This document shows positions 24,617-38,310 of a stretch of DNA of 64,000 nucleotides, in pieces. Origin of the DNA: Octopus vulgaris (Eukaryota). The notes under the pieces are model-generated. The model searched no databases and was not told the origin of the DNA. It saw nothing but the letters and a program-made list of their open reading frames with translations. A program made the translations under genes and the position numbers. Within the stretch, counting starts at the first letter, position 1. Each line of letters opens with the position of its first letter. The stretch covers positions 49,228,001-49,292,000 of the forward strand of contig OX597819.1 of assembly GCA_951406725.2 (NCBI GenBank), read 5' to 3'.

Positions 24617-24885
24617 TGCAGGTGTGGCCATGTGGTAAGAGGCTTGCTTCTTAACCACATGTATCCAGATTCAGTCCCACTGTGTAGCACCTTGGGCAAG
24701 TGTCTTCTGCTATAGCCTTAGGCTGACCAAAACCTTGTGAGTAGATTTGGTATATGGAAACTGCAAAAATGCCCAATAGAATAAATACCAGGCTTAACAA
24801 AAAGAATTAAGATTCATTTGACTAAATACTCTTCAAGGTGGTGACCCCAGCATGGGCTAAATCTAATGATTGATGCAAGTAAAAG
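24617..24885 (+). mobile_element. SINE family B, internally deleted
   Basis: GCAGGTGTGGCCATGTGGTAAG..CACCTTGGGCAAGTGTCTTCT.. Confidence 0.8.
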
Positions 24886-25115
24886 ATATATATATAATTA
24901 ATTAATAAGGGTGAGAGAATTAGATACTAATTTAATAGTATATTTATTCCACACCAAGTGGCCTAGTGCTACGAGAAACCTGGATTATTATAATATTTTA
25001 TAACATATTATAATATTTTCACAAAATAAATATAAGAGAGTGGTCACTATATTGATCACTCTAGCACCAGTTAATCCAAAAGGTTTCAACCACGGAAATA
25101 CATGTTGTGTGTACA

Positions 25116-25332
25116 CAAGGAGATGCTGAAAAGTTCCTGGCTTTAAGAGGATTGTGAAAAGCCTGGCTTTAAGGCCCAACCTTCCAAGTTCTTTTACAGG
25201 GTTTAGAAAAACTGAAGGACCACTGCAATAAGTGTGTGCATCTGAGAGGAGAATATGTTGAAGAAAATCATAATTAACTGATCCTCTTGTATTTTGTTTA
25301 CCCAAAGCAAGGAACTTTTCAGAACCCCCTCA
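25116..25332. mobile_element. Mariner-type MITE
   Basis: TIRs CAAGGAGATGCTGAAAAGTTCCTGGCTTT / AAAGCAAGGAACTTTTCAGAACCCCCTCA|TA; a lone copy of the same TIR lies at ~4793-4825. Confidence 0.8.
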
Positions 25333-25377
25333 TATCCACACATACACACACATATATATATCTTTCTTTAGGTTTTC

Positions 25378-25615
25378 TTTTACCTGTTTCAGTCATTAGA
25401 TTGCTGTCATGCTGAGGCACCACCTTGAAGAATTCTTAGTCAAATGAATTGGCCTCAGTAGGTTTTTTTTTTTTAAACTTGGTACTTATTCTAGTCGTCA
25501 TTTTTCCCAAGCTGCTAAATTGTGGGGATGTAAATACACCAACACTGGTTGTCAAGCAGTGGTGAGGGACAAACGTAGACACAAAGACATGTTCACACAC
25601 ACACACACACACACA
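25378..25615 (-). mobile_element. SINE family B, 3' half
   Basis: TGTTTCAGTCATT..CATGCTGAGGCACCACC..CCAACACTGGTTGTCAAGCAGTGG. Confidence 0.75.
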
Positions 25616-27589
25616 CATAAATATGCAGTTTTTATACTCATGCCCAGGAGTAGTTGAATCAATTACATTGACCCTACTGCTCAACTGGTACTTATTTTAT
25701 TGACCCCAAAAAAGTGAAAAACAAAGTTGACCATAGTAGAATTTGAACTCAGAATTTAAATATATATATAGAGATACATATTGGCTAGTCAGTGCTGCTT
25801 TTAGTCTCAAGCCAGCCTGCTCAAATTTATGATGACAGGTATTGTAACTTACATTGTTCAAAAATATAAGGACACACATCGAGTCATATAGCCAGCTGGA
25901 AACGATGTCTCCTGGGGCTAAATTACAGCAACATTCATCCTAAACCAGGACTGCCATGTTATGTTGGCAAACAATCTTTACTACAAAGTACTGTTGCTAA
26001 ATGACTCTCGTTGTGAGATCTAAAAATAGTAATTTTCTATTATATAATGTACTTACTTTTTTAAGTGGTAAAATGTGATCTGAGAAAGATTTAGTTTCGC
26101 TTTCTATCATAATGAGCAACTGCACAAAAGTTCAATTGTTGATTCATATATATATATATATATATATATTAGCTAGTATGAGAGAAGAAATATCACAAAT
26201 TTATTAATTATATGAAATTGTTGCCTTATTTTTCCCTCGTGAATTATTGTTTACAAGTGTTTACCAGTTTATTACTTTTTATATTAAAATTTATTCATAT
26301 TTTTTCAACTCAGTTCTCACCCTAAATCAAGATAGGATTTGAATGAGTTGAAGACAGGACTAATTTACTTAACACTGTATGTGTCAAGCTGCTAAACAAG
26401 TTACATGGAAATCACATGATGTAGTTATGAAACAGAATAAACAAACATTTGTATGCTTCATTTGAGTGAGAAAATGGCTGATGTCCTTGTTGTATAATTA
26501 TTAGTAATGATTTGTCAGAATGTACAGTTGCATGGTTTGCATCAAAGAGTTTCACCATAACTTTTCCGCTTGAATTATTGTTGACAAATTGCTCTCGTTG
26601 GGCATGATTACATCTGAAGCAAATTCTTTCCCCTTTACATTGTATTAAAAGGGAAAGCAATCTTGCATCAAAACATCCACAGCTCCTCCATAATTTCTAC
26701 TTTCTTCTTTCTGATCCTGTAACCTCCCCAATCTTTCTTGCACTCTCTCTTCTTTTCTTCAAAAAGGATAAAAGGCTTTTTGATCTTTGGACTAGAAGCA
26801 CTCAAGCTCCTTGCCACACTTTGACAGTTACCTTCAAATGTTCTTGTCGCAGATGCTCCACCTGTCCCTCATCTCAAGTACTTAGAAATAACTTGAAATC
26901 CTAGTGCTATGTCACCTCCAATAACCTCATCCACTGTACTGTGCAGAAGTCAAAGAGGCAGGCCTCCATGATATTTCTCAACTTGCTAAAAATAGCAGCC
27001 ACATCTTCCTCAAATTATACCTTACCATTTGAAACAAAGCGATACTTGAAAATAAGAGTGGAACATATGCAGAGTTAAACCACCACAAATGTATTGTACA
27101 TAAATTCAGCAATGCATTAAATAAGCGAAAGATGTCAGGGATTACTACCATGATATCCTTCCTTCTTGATGTCTGCAGTAACTGTCCACTTGGCTGCAAA
27201 GCCATGGCTTGCCATTTCAATTCATTCATCATCTTTCAGTGCATGGAGTTGCCAATCATCACAGATCTTTTCAAACCAATGAATATAAGTAGTAATTTAT
27301 CTCTCTATTTGACATGGCTCCTGGGAAAAGTTTAGATGAATGATTTTAGCTTTCTGGAATCCATCATCTTCATTCTTGATCTAGTCCACGTCTTGCAACC
27401 ATTTCACTTTTATGAGTATTCATATTGAAGTACACAAAACAAACTTGCCTCTCATTCCTTACATCTCACAATAACTTTTCCTCCTGCTTTCTTGCTTATC
27501 TTGATATATTTATATGTGCCTCTACATGTATAAATAAATGCATTGCATTATCTTATCATCACTATCACTACCACCACCTCCACTACCAT

Positions 27590-28130
27590 CATCATATTCA
27601 CATTCACTTTTCTATGCTTGCATTGGTTGGATGGGTCCTTTCTAACACAATGTTTTTATATTTGTTGCATTCATTTGTCATCACCTTTGTCATCTGGCTC
27701 TCAACATTCTAAGATGAGATTTCAATACACTTGCCCATAATTCCCTTCAGCTTCCTCTTTCACAGTTTCCTTCTGCTTGATTCTCCTAGCACTTTTTCTT
27801 ACCCATTTGTTACCATTTTGTATTGTTTGTATTGTATACTACAACTGGCTTCTCTTGCACCCAGTTTATCTCTCAGCTTATCTGTAAAATATTGTTCATG
27901 CACACTAACATTACAAATTCAGAAGAACATGCTAGATTCATTTCTCTCTGACCTTTGCACAGCCTCTGTGTTTAGTACCCCTGTCTTAATACAATGCAGT
28001 ATTACACTTCATACACAAGCAATGAACTACAATCTACCGAAGCACTACAATCTACTCTTTGTTCAAAGAGAGAATCCTTTTGTTGCCAGTAGAGGTTATA
28101 CCTCCCTAAACTTATTCAAATTTTGAAAAT
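27590..28130 (-). mobile_element. RTE-clade LINE 3' remnant (RT C-terminus plus tail)
   Basis: Minus strand CTGGCAACAAAAGGATTCTCT (LATKGFS), homologous to 3348-3458; decayed tail motif near 27610. Confidence 0.6.
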
Positions 28131-28134
28131 CTGT

Positions 28135-28167
<33 letters not shown>

Positions 28168-28170
28168 ACA

Positions 28171-28530
28171 CATCATCATTATCATCATCATCATCATCAT
28201 CATCGTTTAACGTCCGCTTTCCATGCTAGCATGGGTTGGACAATTTGACTGAGGTCTCGCGAACCAGATAGCTGCACCAGGTTCCAATCTGATCAGGCAG
28301 AGTTTCTACAGCTGAATGCCCTTCCTAACGCCAACCACTCTGAGAGTGTAGTGGGTGCTTTTACATGCCACTGGCACGGGGGCCAGTCAGGCAGTACTGG
28401 CAATGGCCACGCTCAAATGGTGCTTTTCATGTGCCATCTGTACAGAAGCCAGTCCAGTGGCACTGGTAGCAACCTCGCTCAAATGTTTTTTCACGTGCCT
28501 CTAGCACAAGTGCCAGTAATGTGACGCAGG
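28171..28530 (-). mobile_element. RTE-type element 3' end with (CAT)n tail
   Basis: CATCGTTTAACGTCCGCTTTCCATGCTAGCATGGGTTGGAC; closely matches the reverse complement of 57135-57358. Confidence 0.85.
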
Positions 28531-29134
28531 TAAAGTTATATATAATAAGTTTCTTTCAGTTTCCATCTATCAAATTCACTCCCAAGGCTTAGGTCAAATG
28601 AGGGCTGTAGTAGAAAACATTTGCCCAGAGTACCACTGAACCCAAGACAACATGCTTGGGAAGCAAGCTTCTTATCTACATGGCCATGCCTTGTTGTCTA
28701 GGAAATTAATAAAATAACCTTATAGGCTAATAGTATTGTTTCCTCACCACAGATTTATTTCTAATTTCTAATTAGAATTTTTTGCTGCACTGCATATCAA
28801 TTTCAAATTAGTGTGAAGCTTTAAAAAGGTTAACGCTAACTTGTGTATTGGTTTTCATGTGAATGGCATTTCTGAATTATTTAATCGCTAAGAAATTCTA
28901 ATTAGCTTTAAATGGGGGAATAGAAATGGGAATGTGACAAATAAATTTAAGAGGATGGGAAAAGAAAGGAATCATAATTAAAAATAAACTGAGACATGGA
29001 AAGTTAGCTGAGAAAAAATTGAGAGTGTGAAAATAGGAGTTAATTTAAAGAAGGCCTGATTAAAATCAATATGGTGTATAATCATGTGCTTGATGTTAGA
29101 CATTGAGAAAGGGACCAATAACTAACTGCATTTT

Positions 29135-29322
29135 TTATGTGCATGTATATATGTGTGTGTGTGGATGTGTGGATGTGTGTATATTTATATATATATATCA
29201 TGTACATATATATATATCTACATGTCAGTATATATGTATATATGTATGTATGTTTGTGTGTATGTATCTATATATATGCATGTATATAAATATATGTAAG
29301 TATATATGTATATAGGTATGTT

Positions 29323-29355
<33 letters not shown>
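29135..29355. repeat. (TA)/(TG) low-complexity tract
   Basis: Directly visible. Confidence 0.9.
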
Positions 29356-31659
29356 TTCGTTTTGGGATTTGGTTTGCAAGATTCTTTATATGAGTTCATG
29401 TGTTGAAGTATATTCTGTTGTGTCTGGGGAGAGTAATTTTCTTTTCATGCCTTATAATTTAACACACTCACCGGTAAAATTTCCACTTATTTCTTATTTT
29501 TATTTTCCTAAAATTTTTGTTGTGTCTTGCAACCTTTTATATATATGTAAGGGAGGGCTCTTGCATAGACGACTCACAATTTTAAAGTAGACATTAGTGA
29601 ATTTGTTTGATAAATCAATTTATAGTCTGAGTAAGAGAAAATACAATGAATAAAGAAAAAAAAAAAGGAAATGAGAAAGAAAAAACGAAATAATGAAGTA
29701 ATGTTGTGGTATTTCACTCATGAGATTAACTAACAAATCTAATTTGAGACACATACCCTTGAGACACACACTCCAAAGAATGGTCAGAAAGTAGTGAGCG
29801 TAGCCAAATTTATGTAACAATTTATTATAGAGTAAACAGAAGAAATCAAATTACCGATTGTTACTAATGAAATTTGATTCATTTGTCCAAAGATAAATAA
29901 TGAAATAGAGCTGAAATATGATAAAGAATGTCTTACCACATGAAAATTCAAACCTCCTTCAGTATTGACCCAATAGTATTAATAGCTATAAGGCTTTTTC
30001 TTGTACAATGACTAAGAACAGTTTCAAACTTAGAATAGTTGGTTCCCTGAGTAAGCTAAAGCTCAATTGCTCTCATTGTTATAATGGGAACAGAAAAATG
30101 GATTGAGTCAGTCTAGTTATTATGTTTATGTGGTAAAATGTGAATCATAAGGGGATCAGTGGGAAAAATGAAGAAAGGCAGGACAGAAAACCCAAACATG
30201 GAACGGTTAGCCACTTGACAGATAAAGGAAGAATAGAAAGCTGGTGGCTACAAAATGAGTAAACAATCTACATACACATAATTAGTGAACATATAATGAG
30301 ATGAGGAAATCAGTAGACATGTAATGAATAGGAATCGCTGAGTAGGAAATGAATCAGCAAGAAACAGATGGACATGTAATTTACTAGAAGCTGCAGAACA
30401 TACCAAAGGCAGTTATTGAGCAAAGTGTAAGAATTATAAAACAAGAAAATAGACAGGCACTGAACATGCAACAAGTAGGAAGCAGTAATAGAACATGTAA
30501 TACACAGTTTGGATTGACCAAGGATAAGCAAAGAGTTAATCAGTTTGTTTGGGTTTTTTTTTGTATTTGTTTTTATTTTATTTTTTGGTGGGGGGTGGGG
30601 TTACTGCAAAACCCTTTTGTAGTTCTAATTTTTAAGAATTTAAGCCAGTATAATCCTACTGGCTAACTTCCAAAGGATTTTCTTTCTGGAAGAATTAATG
30701 GTTATATTGCAAAAGAAAATGGTCTTTTAGCTGATGACATCATACATCTATTCTGAGAGATACATAAACTCTCACGAGCCGAAGCTAGAAACCTCACTCG
30801 ATGCTAATGTCAGTTACGTAATGGTGTTTCTTTGCCAAAGTCTATTACATTTATCTCTTCAATCAAGGCTGGAATTTTGCCACACAGAAAACAAGACGCC
30901 CAGAGTAACATATATATTTAAAAACAAATAAAAAGTAAAAAAAAAGGAAAGAAACATAAATACAGAATATTGTATTTTTAGAACTATAATCAGTTATAGA
31001 TGCACGTACAAGAACTGAAGACTTCATTTTATTGCTGGAATATAAGTAAACAAATTTAGCTGCTTGAAGAGTTTAAGAATCATCAGATGGGTACTATATT
31101 GAAATAACAGTTGGGTAACTATCATCAAAGTTCTTATCATTGTAATCAGTCTCATTTTATTTAGTACCAAACTTTTCTATGATATTATCAGTTAGACAGG
31201 TCAGGATGTATACATCTGTTGCAAAATTTACGAAAGGGTGTGGTAACATTATTATGCTTCCTAGAGCATGCAAAGCTGATGCAAAAATTTCATAGATGGA
31301 TGATTAACAAAATGTGCTTTTTGCCTGCATTACATGCATGTGCACATGCATCATGTGTATGTGTGTGTATGTGTGTGTGTATCATGTGTGTATGTGTATG
31401 GTGTGTGTGAACATGCATATAGGTAATGTATATGTAATACAAGGCTGATAATCAAGTCATAGATTTGTCCCATCTCACTCTATTCTTCTGGTACCAAACA
31501 TTTTTATTATTTACAAGAAGGATTAGAAGATATGCAACAGTGCTGTTGCATACACATACACACACACACACACACACGCATGCATACATGTACACACGCA
31601 TATGCATAAACAGTCTTGATATGAAATCGTGTGTTGAAACATATTGCTATACTTGGGGA

Positions 31660-32050
31660 TTCTTTTATTTGTTTCAGTCATTTGACTGCAGCCATGCTGG
31701 AGCACTGCCTTTAGTCGAGCAAATCGACCCCAGGACTCATTCTTTGTAAGCCTTGTACTTATTCTATTAGTCTCTCTTTCCGAATCGCTAAGTTACGGGG
31801 ACGTAAACACACCAGCATCGGTTGTCAAGCAATGTTGGGGAGACAAACACAGACACACAAACATGTGCATACACATATATATATATCGACGGGCTTCTTT
31901 CAGTTTCTGTCTACCAAATCCACTCACAAGACTTTGGTCAGCCCAAGACTATAGTAGGAGACACTTGCCCTAGGTTCCACGCAGTGGGACTGAACCTGGA
32001 ACCATGTGGTTGGTAAGCAAGCTACTTACCACACACAGCCACTCCTGCAC
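31660..32050 (-). mobile_element. SINE family B, full length
   Basis: Ends CTACTTACCACACACAGCCACTCCTGC; near-identical to 40335-40731. Confidence 0.9.
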
Positions 32051-33314
32051 CTTTTTCTTTTTGCCAATTAAACACATGCATTATGTATTTAATCTTCACT
32101 TCAGTTTTTATTCATATAAGGACAAAATGAAATAAGCAGAACAAAAGGAGACACATGTGACAGAGAGTCGCAGCCAAAGTCACAGAACATGTGACGGAAG
32201 AACCTTGACAGACATATAAACTAAAAATAATATGTATAAAAACTAAAAATAATATGTATAAAAACTAAAATGAAGATTGAATAAGTTGTTCAAATGTTTT
32301 ATTGACAAAGAAAAAAAAAATGTAAAAATGACCATCCCCTAGTATAACAATATTTTGTTTTCTGCTTAAAGTCTTTATCAAGGGGCAGTTTCAAATTTGA
32401 AGGCAGATAAAATTTTGTGCATGGATGGGGATGTAACGACTCATTAGAAAGTTAATAGAAACATCCTCACATTATAGGAGTGTTGCACTTGAATATCTTA
32501 TTGTTGTCTAAGATTCCATGCAGTGAAACCTTTCCCCATGACTTCTGTCTTCATTGACTTCTACATAACATAGCAGTCAATAGAAAATGGGTTTCACATT
32601 ATACATTCCAACTTTCAGGATCACAACATTTTTATAATGTAGGATATACCTGTAGTAACAGCTAGCATTTATTTTCATACCAGATAATATGCATAACAGT
32701 AATGACTTTTTAATGTAATATCATTTTGTGCAAGAACCAGATGTAGTCAAAGAGATTACAATAGCTTCTTGATGGTACCCTTGCTAATCCCTTAATTCAT
32801 CTCAGCAAATTAGAGGCATGAGTTACAATTAGAAAGAAAACGAGCTGAATATTTAGAAACATCGGCTGTTTAATTTTCAATGTCTCTTCAGAAAAATCTA
32901 AATGTTTGCTGTACACAATTGTCATGGATAATCCATTAATTACTCAATAACAATGGTTCATTAAATAAAATGACATTAGCACACTGTTTTCTGGTATTTC
33001 AAACCAGCTTTTAGTTCCTGTCTATAAACAAGTGGCTTTCTGTTAAGGAATAAGAACAGCCATCTACTGTAAAAATAAAAAGAAAAAGATTAACTAACCA
33101 TAATCCCAGTGATTATTAATAATTAAAGTTGCATGAGTTTTTGCTTGCTATGATATTAGAGAAATACTCTGACAGACACGTTTTGTTCATCATTATAATG
33201 GACCAGAAACTAAGATAGATAGAACAGAAAGTAAATACAATTGAAGATAACAATCTGTTACTGTATTCATGGATTTGTGCATTCAAATTATTATCATTTC
33301 TCAGGATTGGTTGT

Positions 33315-33545
33315 TGTTATTGTTGTTGTTGATGTTTCAGTTCCAGATAAGCTCTGACCAAACAGACTTGTGACCAAAGGCGTTCCAGCCATGACTATCC
33401 TTTCTTATTTTATGGTATTGTTCATCTAAGACAACATTATACAATGTATTTAAAAAATTTTTTTTTAAGAAGGTAATATGTGATGTGATGGAGATTTTGG
33501 TTGCTATTTCTGGAAGGTCAAGCAACAATGAGAAGACTCTAACAA
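33315..33545. mobile_element. Old SINE-like dispersed repeat, family D
   Basis: CAGAC..TGACCAAAGGCGTTCCAGCCATGACTATCC ... GATTTTGGTTGCTATTTCT motif recurs at ~10490-10670, 39190-39390, 46710-46850, 53995-54150 and 58930-59120. Confidence 0.6.
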
Positions 33546-34198
33546 TAGCTGAATTTAACAGAGGTAATTGTTGTTATTTAGCCTCAAGTCATCTCAGTAT
33601 TCCAGCCAGGACCAACTTTTCTTTATATATCAGGGATTTCACTGTCCAATTTATCCTTCCTGCTTTAAAGATGGTTGGATGCATTTAATGGAATTTTGAC
33701 TGCTACTCCTAGCAATCTGAGCAACCATGTAGAGGCAGGATAGTGCCAGGATTTCAACCAAGGGGATACTCAATTATTAAAATAGTTTCAGCATCTAATT
33801 TGCAAAAAACTACAAACCTAATATAAATGCTTGATAATATCTATATTTGCATGGAACTGTAACAAAGCAGAAGGTTGTCTGAACCTGTCAAGCCCCTCCC
33901 ACCACTGCTATGTATGTAATTATTCAAGTTTATTATATTTCAGTTTAATTACCTGTAAATATTTACAAACTAAAAATTTTCTTTCATCTCTCGTCAATCA
34001 CACAATAGTAAGAATTATCACGCAGCAAAATCTAGGAATAAAAAATTTCTAAAAGAGGAAGGAAGGGTGTTTGAATTGAAATTACTTTTGGCAGAAATTC
34101 CAGATTTGGGAGCCTCTTTTTTTAAAAAGAGATCATATTTCTTGGTGTGGTTTATTACTGGTGTTATCTGATGTCCAAAATATCAAATTTCTGTTTAC

Positions 34199-34229
<31 letters not shown>

Positions 34230-34365
34230 TGTATGTATGTATGTATGTATGTATGTATGTATGTATGTATGTATGCATGTATGCATGTATGTATGTATGT
34301 ATGTATGTATGTATGTATGTATGTATGTATGTATGTATGTATGTATGTATGCATGTATGCATGTA
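34199..34365. repeat. (TATG)n microsatellite
   Basis: Directly visible. Confidence 0.98.
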
Positions 34366-34759
34366 TATTCTCCAGACTGATTCAGGAACATCTGTTCAAA
34401 GTTAAACTATATTCTTTCCTGAAATAATAGTTTTGTTTTTTATGCTACTTCTCAACTCATATTATTTATATATAATGGTGGGTATTATAGATCATTGGTG
34501 AAACATTAATTCAAGAAGCATGATACAAGAAATGCTAATGTTTCTCCTCTTGGAATTTGCAAACTATAAATGAAATAAGAGCTTTATTGTCTAAGATATG
34601 CAAAGTATTAAGAAAAGATATATGGCTGAAAAAGATGTTTAGCCTAATTTATTTAATACTACATTATTCAGGCTACAGTGCATGCGCCATGTTGTTTGAG
34701 GATAAGCTCCAAGAAAACTGAGTCTACAACCTAGCTTTTTATATTCAGTCACAGTTAAC

Positions 34760-35599
34760 GTGGTGAGCTGGCAGAATTGTTAGCAGGCACACTGGGCGAA
34801 ATGCTTAGCGGTATTTCATCTGCTGTTACGTTCTGAGTTCAAATTCCGCTGAGGTCGACTTTGCCTTTCATCCATTCAGGATCGATAAAATAAGTACCAG
34901 TTACGCACTGGGATCGATGTAATCGACTAATACCTTTGTCTGTCCTTGTTTGTCCCCTCTATGTTAAGCCCCTTGTGGGCAATAATGAAATAAGAATTGT
35001 TAGTATGCCGGGTGACATGCTTAGCGGTATTTCATCTGCTGTTACGTTCTGAGTTCAAACTCTGCCGAGGTCGATTTTGCCTTTCATCCTTTCGGGGTCG
35101 ATAAAATAAGTACCAGTTATGCACTGGGATCGATGTAATCAAATTAATACCTTTGTCTGTCCTTGTTTGTCCCCTCTATGTTTAGCCCCTTGTAGGCAAT
35201 AAAGAAATAAGAATCGTTAGTATGCCGAGCAAAATGCTTAGCAGTATTTCGTTCATCGCTATGTCCTGAGTTCAAATGCCACCAAGGTCAACTTTGCCTT
35301 TCATCCTTTTGGGGTCGATAAAATAAGTACCAGTGGAGCACTGGGGTTGATGTAATTGACTTAGCCCCATTCTCCTAAACCGCTGGCCTTGTGCGAAAAT
35401 TTGAAACCAATATTCAGTGACAGGTAAGGCAATTAGCATTTTGTCTGCTGCTATGTTGTGAGTTCAAGTTCTGCTGAGGTTGACTTTGCCTGTCATCCTT
35501 TAGGAATTGATAAAATAAGTACCGGTTGAACACTAGGGTTGATATAATCAACTTGCTCCTCACCTAGATTTGCTGGCCTTGTGTCAAAATTTGAAATCA
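34760..35599 (+). mobile_element. Head-to-tail array of four SINE family A copies
   Basis: The unit GAGTTCAA..GACTTTGCCTTTCATCC..GATAAAATAAGTACC occurs four times (~34835, 35050, 35268, 35460). Confidence 0.92.
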
Positions 35600-36664
35600 A
35601 TATTCAGTTACAACTATTTCATTTCTCCCATCATCATTTTAATGTCTATTTTCCATGCTTCAGTGGCCCAGATGAATTCATTGAAGCAGATCTTTTATGA
35701 CTTGATGCCTTTCATGTCGCTAATCCTCACTCATGTCCAAGTCAAGTAATACTTCGTCATAACTGGCCACAGTTTCATGGACAAGCTTCTTTCAGTTTCC
35801 ATCAACCAAATCTATTCACAAGGCATTGGTCAATGAGGGGATATATTAGACATTTGTCTGAAGTGCCATGCAGAGGGACTGAACTTGAAGACAAATGGTT
35901 GTGAAGTGAGGCTTCTTAATTACACAGCCAATTGTGAAATGCATGAAGATCACAACATTGATTTCTCCCTTGCTGGTGTTTACAATTAATCATAGAAAAA
36001 AATAAAAGACTAATCCCAGTTTATCCCAAGATAAATACTGGTCTTATCCATATTCTGGTTTCGAGGCATAAATGAAATAAGAGAGAGAGAGAGAGAGAAA
36101 GATTAGCTGATCTTTGAAATATTAGTCATGCCATATAGCCATATATTTCATTTCAGATAAAATTACTACTTCCTCACCAAATGTTTAACTTATATATTAA
36201 CTTCGTGCACCCTTCACCTTGCCCCTTCAGTTTTATATGCTCTTCATTCTCAATGCACTTTTCTTTGGTAGAGCCTTGATACTGAAAGGTGTGTAGGGAA
36301 GCTGGTTGAGAAAATGACTGCAGGAAAAGCATTTCAAAAAGTCACAATCTTTCTTCAGCTCTCATCAATCATAATATTCCAATTTGTTTTTATCTGCAAT
36401 AAATCTCACTATAGCAAATGCTTGACTTTTTTTTTTTTGTTACACTTTTAGATTTTTGGTAGATTTTCAAGTTGTTCTCTCTGCCCTCATGCTTCCTCTT
36501 CCATTTGTCTGTGTGTATGTGGGTGTGTGTGTGTGTGTGTGTGTATGTATATATGTATATATGTATGCATGTATGCATGCATGTATGTATGTATATATTT
36601 CCTGCTAGCCTGAGTAGAATCATTTGTCAAACCCAGTTTTTTTTTGTTTTTGCAATATCTTTGA

Positions 36665-37040
36665 TCTTTTATTTGTTTCAGTCATTGGAGTACAGCCATG
36701 CTGGGGCACAGCCTTGAAGGGTTTAGTCAAACATATTGACCCCAGTAGTTTTTAAGTCTGGTGCTTATTCTGTTGGTCTCATTTGTCAAACCACTAAGTT
36801 ATGGGCACATAAACAAACCAACACCAGCTGTCAAGTGATGATAGCGGAACAAACACAAAGACACACACACACACGCACACACATACAAATATGACAAGCT
36901 CCTGTACAGTTTCCATTTACCAAATTCACTCACAAGGCATTGGTTGGCTCAGGGCTATAGTAGAAGACACTTGCCCATGACACTGCACAGTGGGACTGAA
37001 CCTGAAACCTAGTGCTTGAAAAGCAAGCTTCTTAATCAAA
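36665..37040 (-). mobile_element. SINE family B
   Basis: Same body as 31660-32050. Confidence 0.85.
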
Positions 37041-37180
37041 TAGTCATGTTTGTGCCCATAGAGAAAATTTATTTATCCTTCCTACAGATTTAGCTCTTCT
37101 ATAAAATCACAAAGGTTATGTTCTTTTACTCATTTAATGGTTTCAATCATCAAGGATTCAGTTGATTGCTATTAAACCCA

Positions 37181-37500
37181 AGGCACGTGGTTCAGTGGCT
37201 AGGGTATCAGGTTCACAATCATGAGGTAGTGAGTTCGATTCTCAGACTGAGCTTTGTGTTGTGTTCTTGAACAAGACACTTTATTTCACTTTACTTCAGT
37301 TCATTCAGCTGTAAAAATTAGTTGTGATGTCATTGGTGCCAAGCCATATTAGCCATTGCCTTTCCCTTAGATGACATTGGTGGCATGAAGAGGGAAGGCT
37401 GGTATGCATGGGCAACTGCTGGTCTTGCACAAACAATCTTGCTCGGACTTATGCCTAGGCTGCATTCCATGATCATTCATGGCCAAAGAAGGTCTTTACC
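37181..37500 (+). mobile_element. SINE family C
   Basis: GGCACGTGGTTCAGTGGCTAGGG..GAGTTCGATTCTC; matches 52848-53120. Confidence 0.85.
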
Positions 37501-37845
37501 CTTACCCATCTTCATTGACCACAGAAGGAGGAAAGATGTTGTTGACCAGAACAGAATTTAAATTAAGAACATAAAAGAATGTGTGATGAAATTCCACCTG
37601 GCATTTTATTCAACACTTTACTGATTCTGCAATCAACCCACAGACAGTGAGCCTTGCACAAATTTTGTCTACCAAATTGGAAACTGAAAGAAACCTTTGA
37701 TCAGCCTAAGGGGCCCATGATAGAAGACACTTGCTCAATGTTTCACACTCTGGAATCATACAACTACAAAGTAAACTTCTTAACCACTCAGTCATGCTTG
37801 CAATCATTTATTCTAATATAAAATTAATATGTATTCACTGCGTAT

Positions 37846-38310
37846 GGAGGTGAGCTGGCAGAATTGTTAGCATGCCTGGTAAAATACTGAGTGGTAATTC
37901 ATCTGTCTGTACATTCTGAGTTCAAATCCTGCTGGGGTCTACTTTGCCTTTCATCCTTTCAGGGTTGATAAAATAAGTATTAGTTGAACACTAGGGTTGA
38001 TGTCATTGACTTATCCTTTCCCTCCAAACTTGCTAGGCTCGTAACAAAATTTGAAACCAATATATATCCACTACAATCTTAGTTTATCATTATTATCATC
38101 AAGACAGCAAGCTGGCAGAATCGTTAATACACTGGGCAAAATGCTTAATAGTATTTCGTCTGTCTTTACATTCTGAGTTCGAATTCCACCAAAGTCAACT
38201 TTGCCTTTCAGGTTAAATAAAGTAAGTACCAGTTGCATACTGGAGTTGATCTAATTGCCTGGCCCCCTCCCCCAAAATTTTGGGCCTTGTGCCTAGAGTA
38301 GAAAAGATTA
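37846..38310 (+). mobile_element. Two tandem SINE family A copies
   Basis: GAGCTGGCAGAA heads at ~37851 and ~38110. Confidence 0.85.

Noticed and set aside
32145-32268. ACATGTGAC direct repeat and a 22-bp tandem duplication
   Set aside because: Too short to support a miRNA hairpin or any function.
34760-35599. Regularly spaced repeats superficially like a CRISPR array
   Set aside because: Units are ~215-bp whole SINE copies with no unique spacers, in a eukaryotic context.
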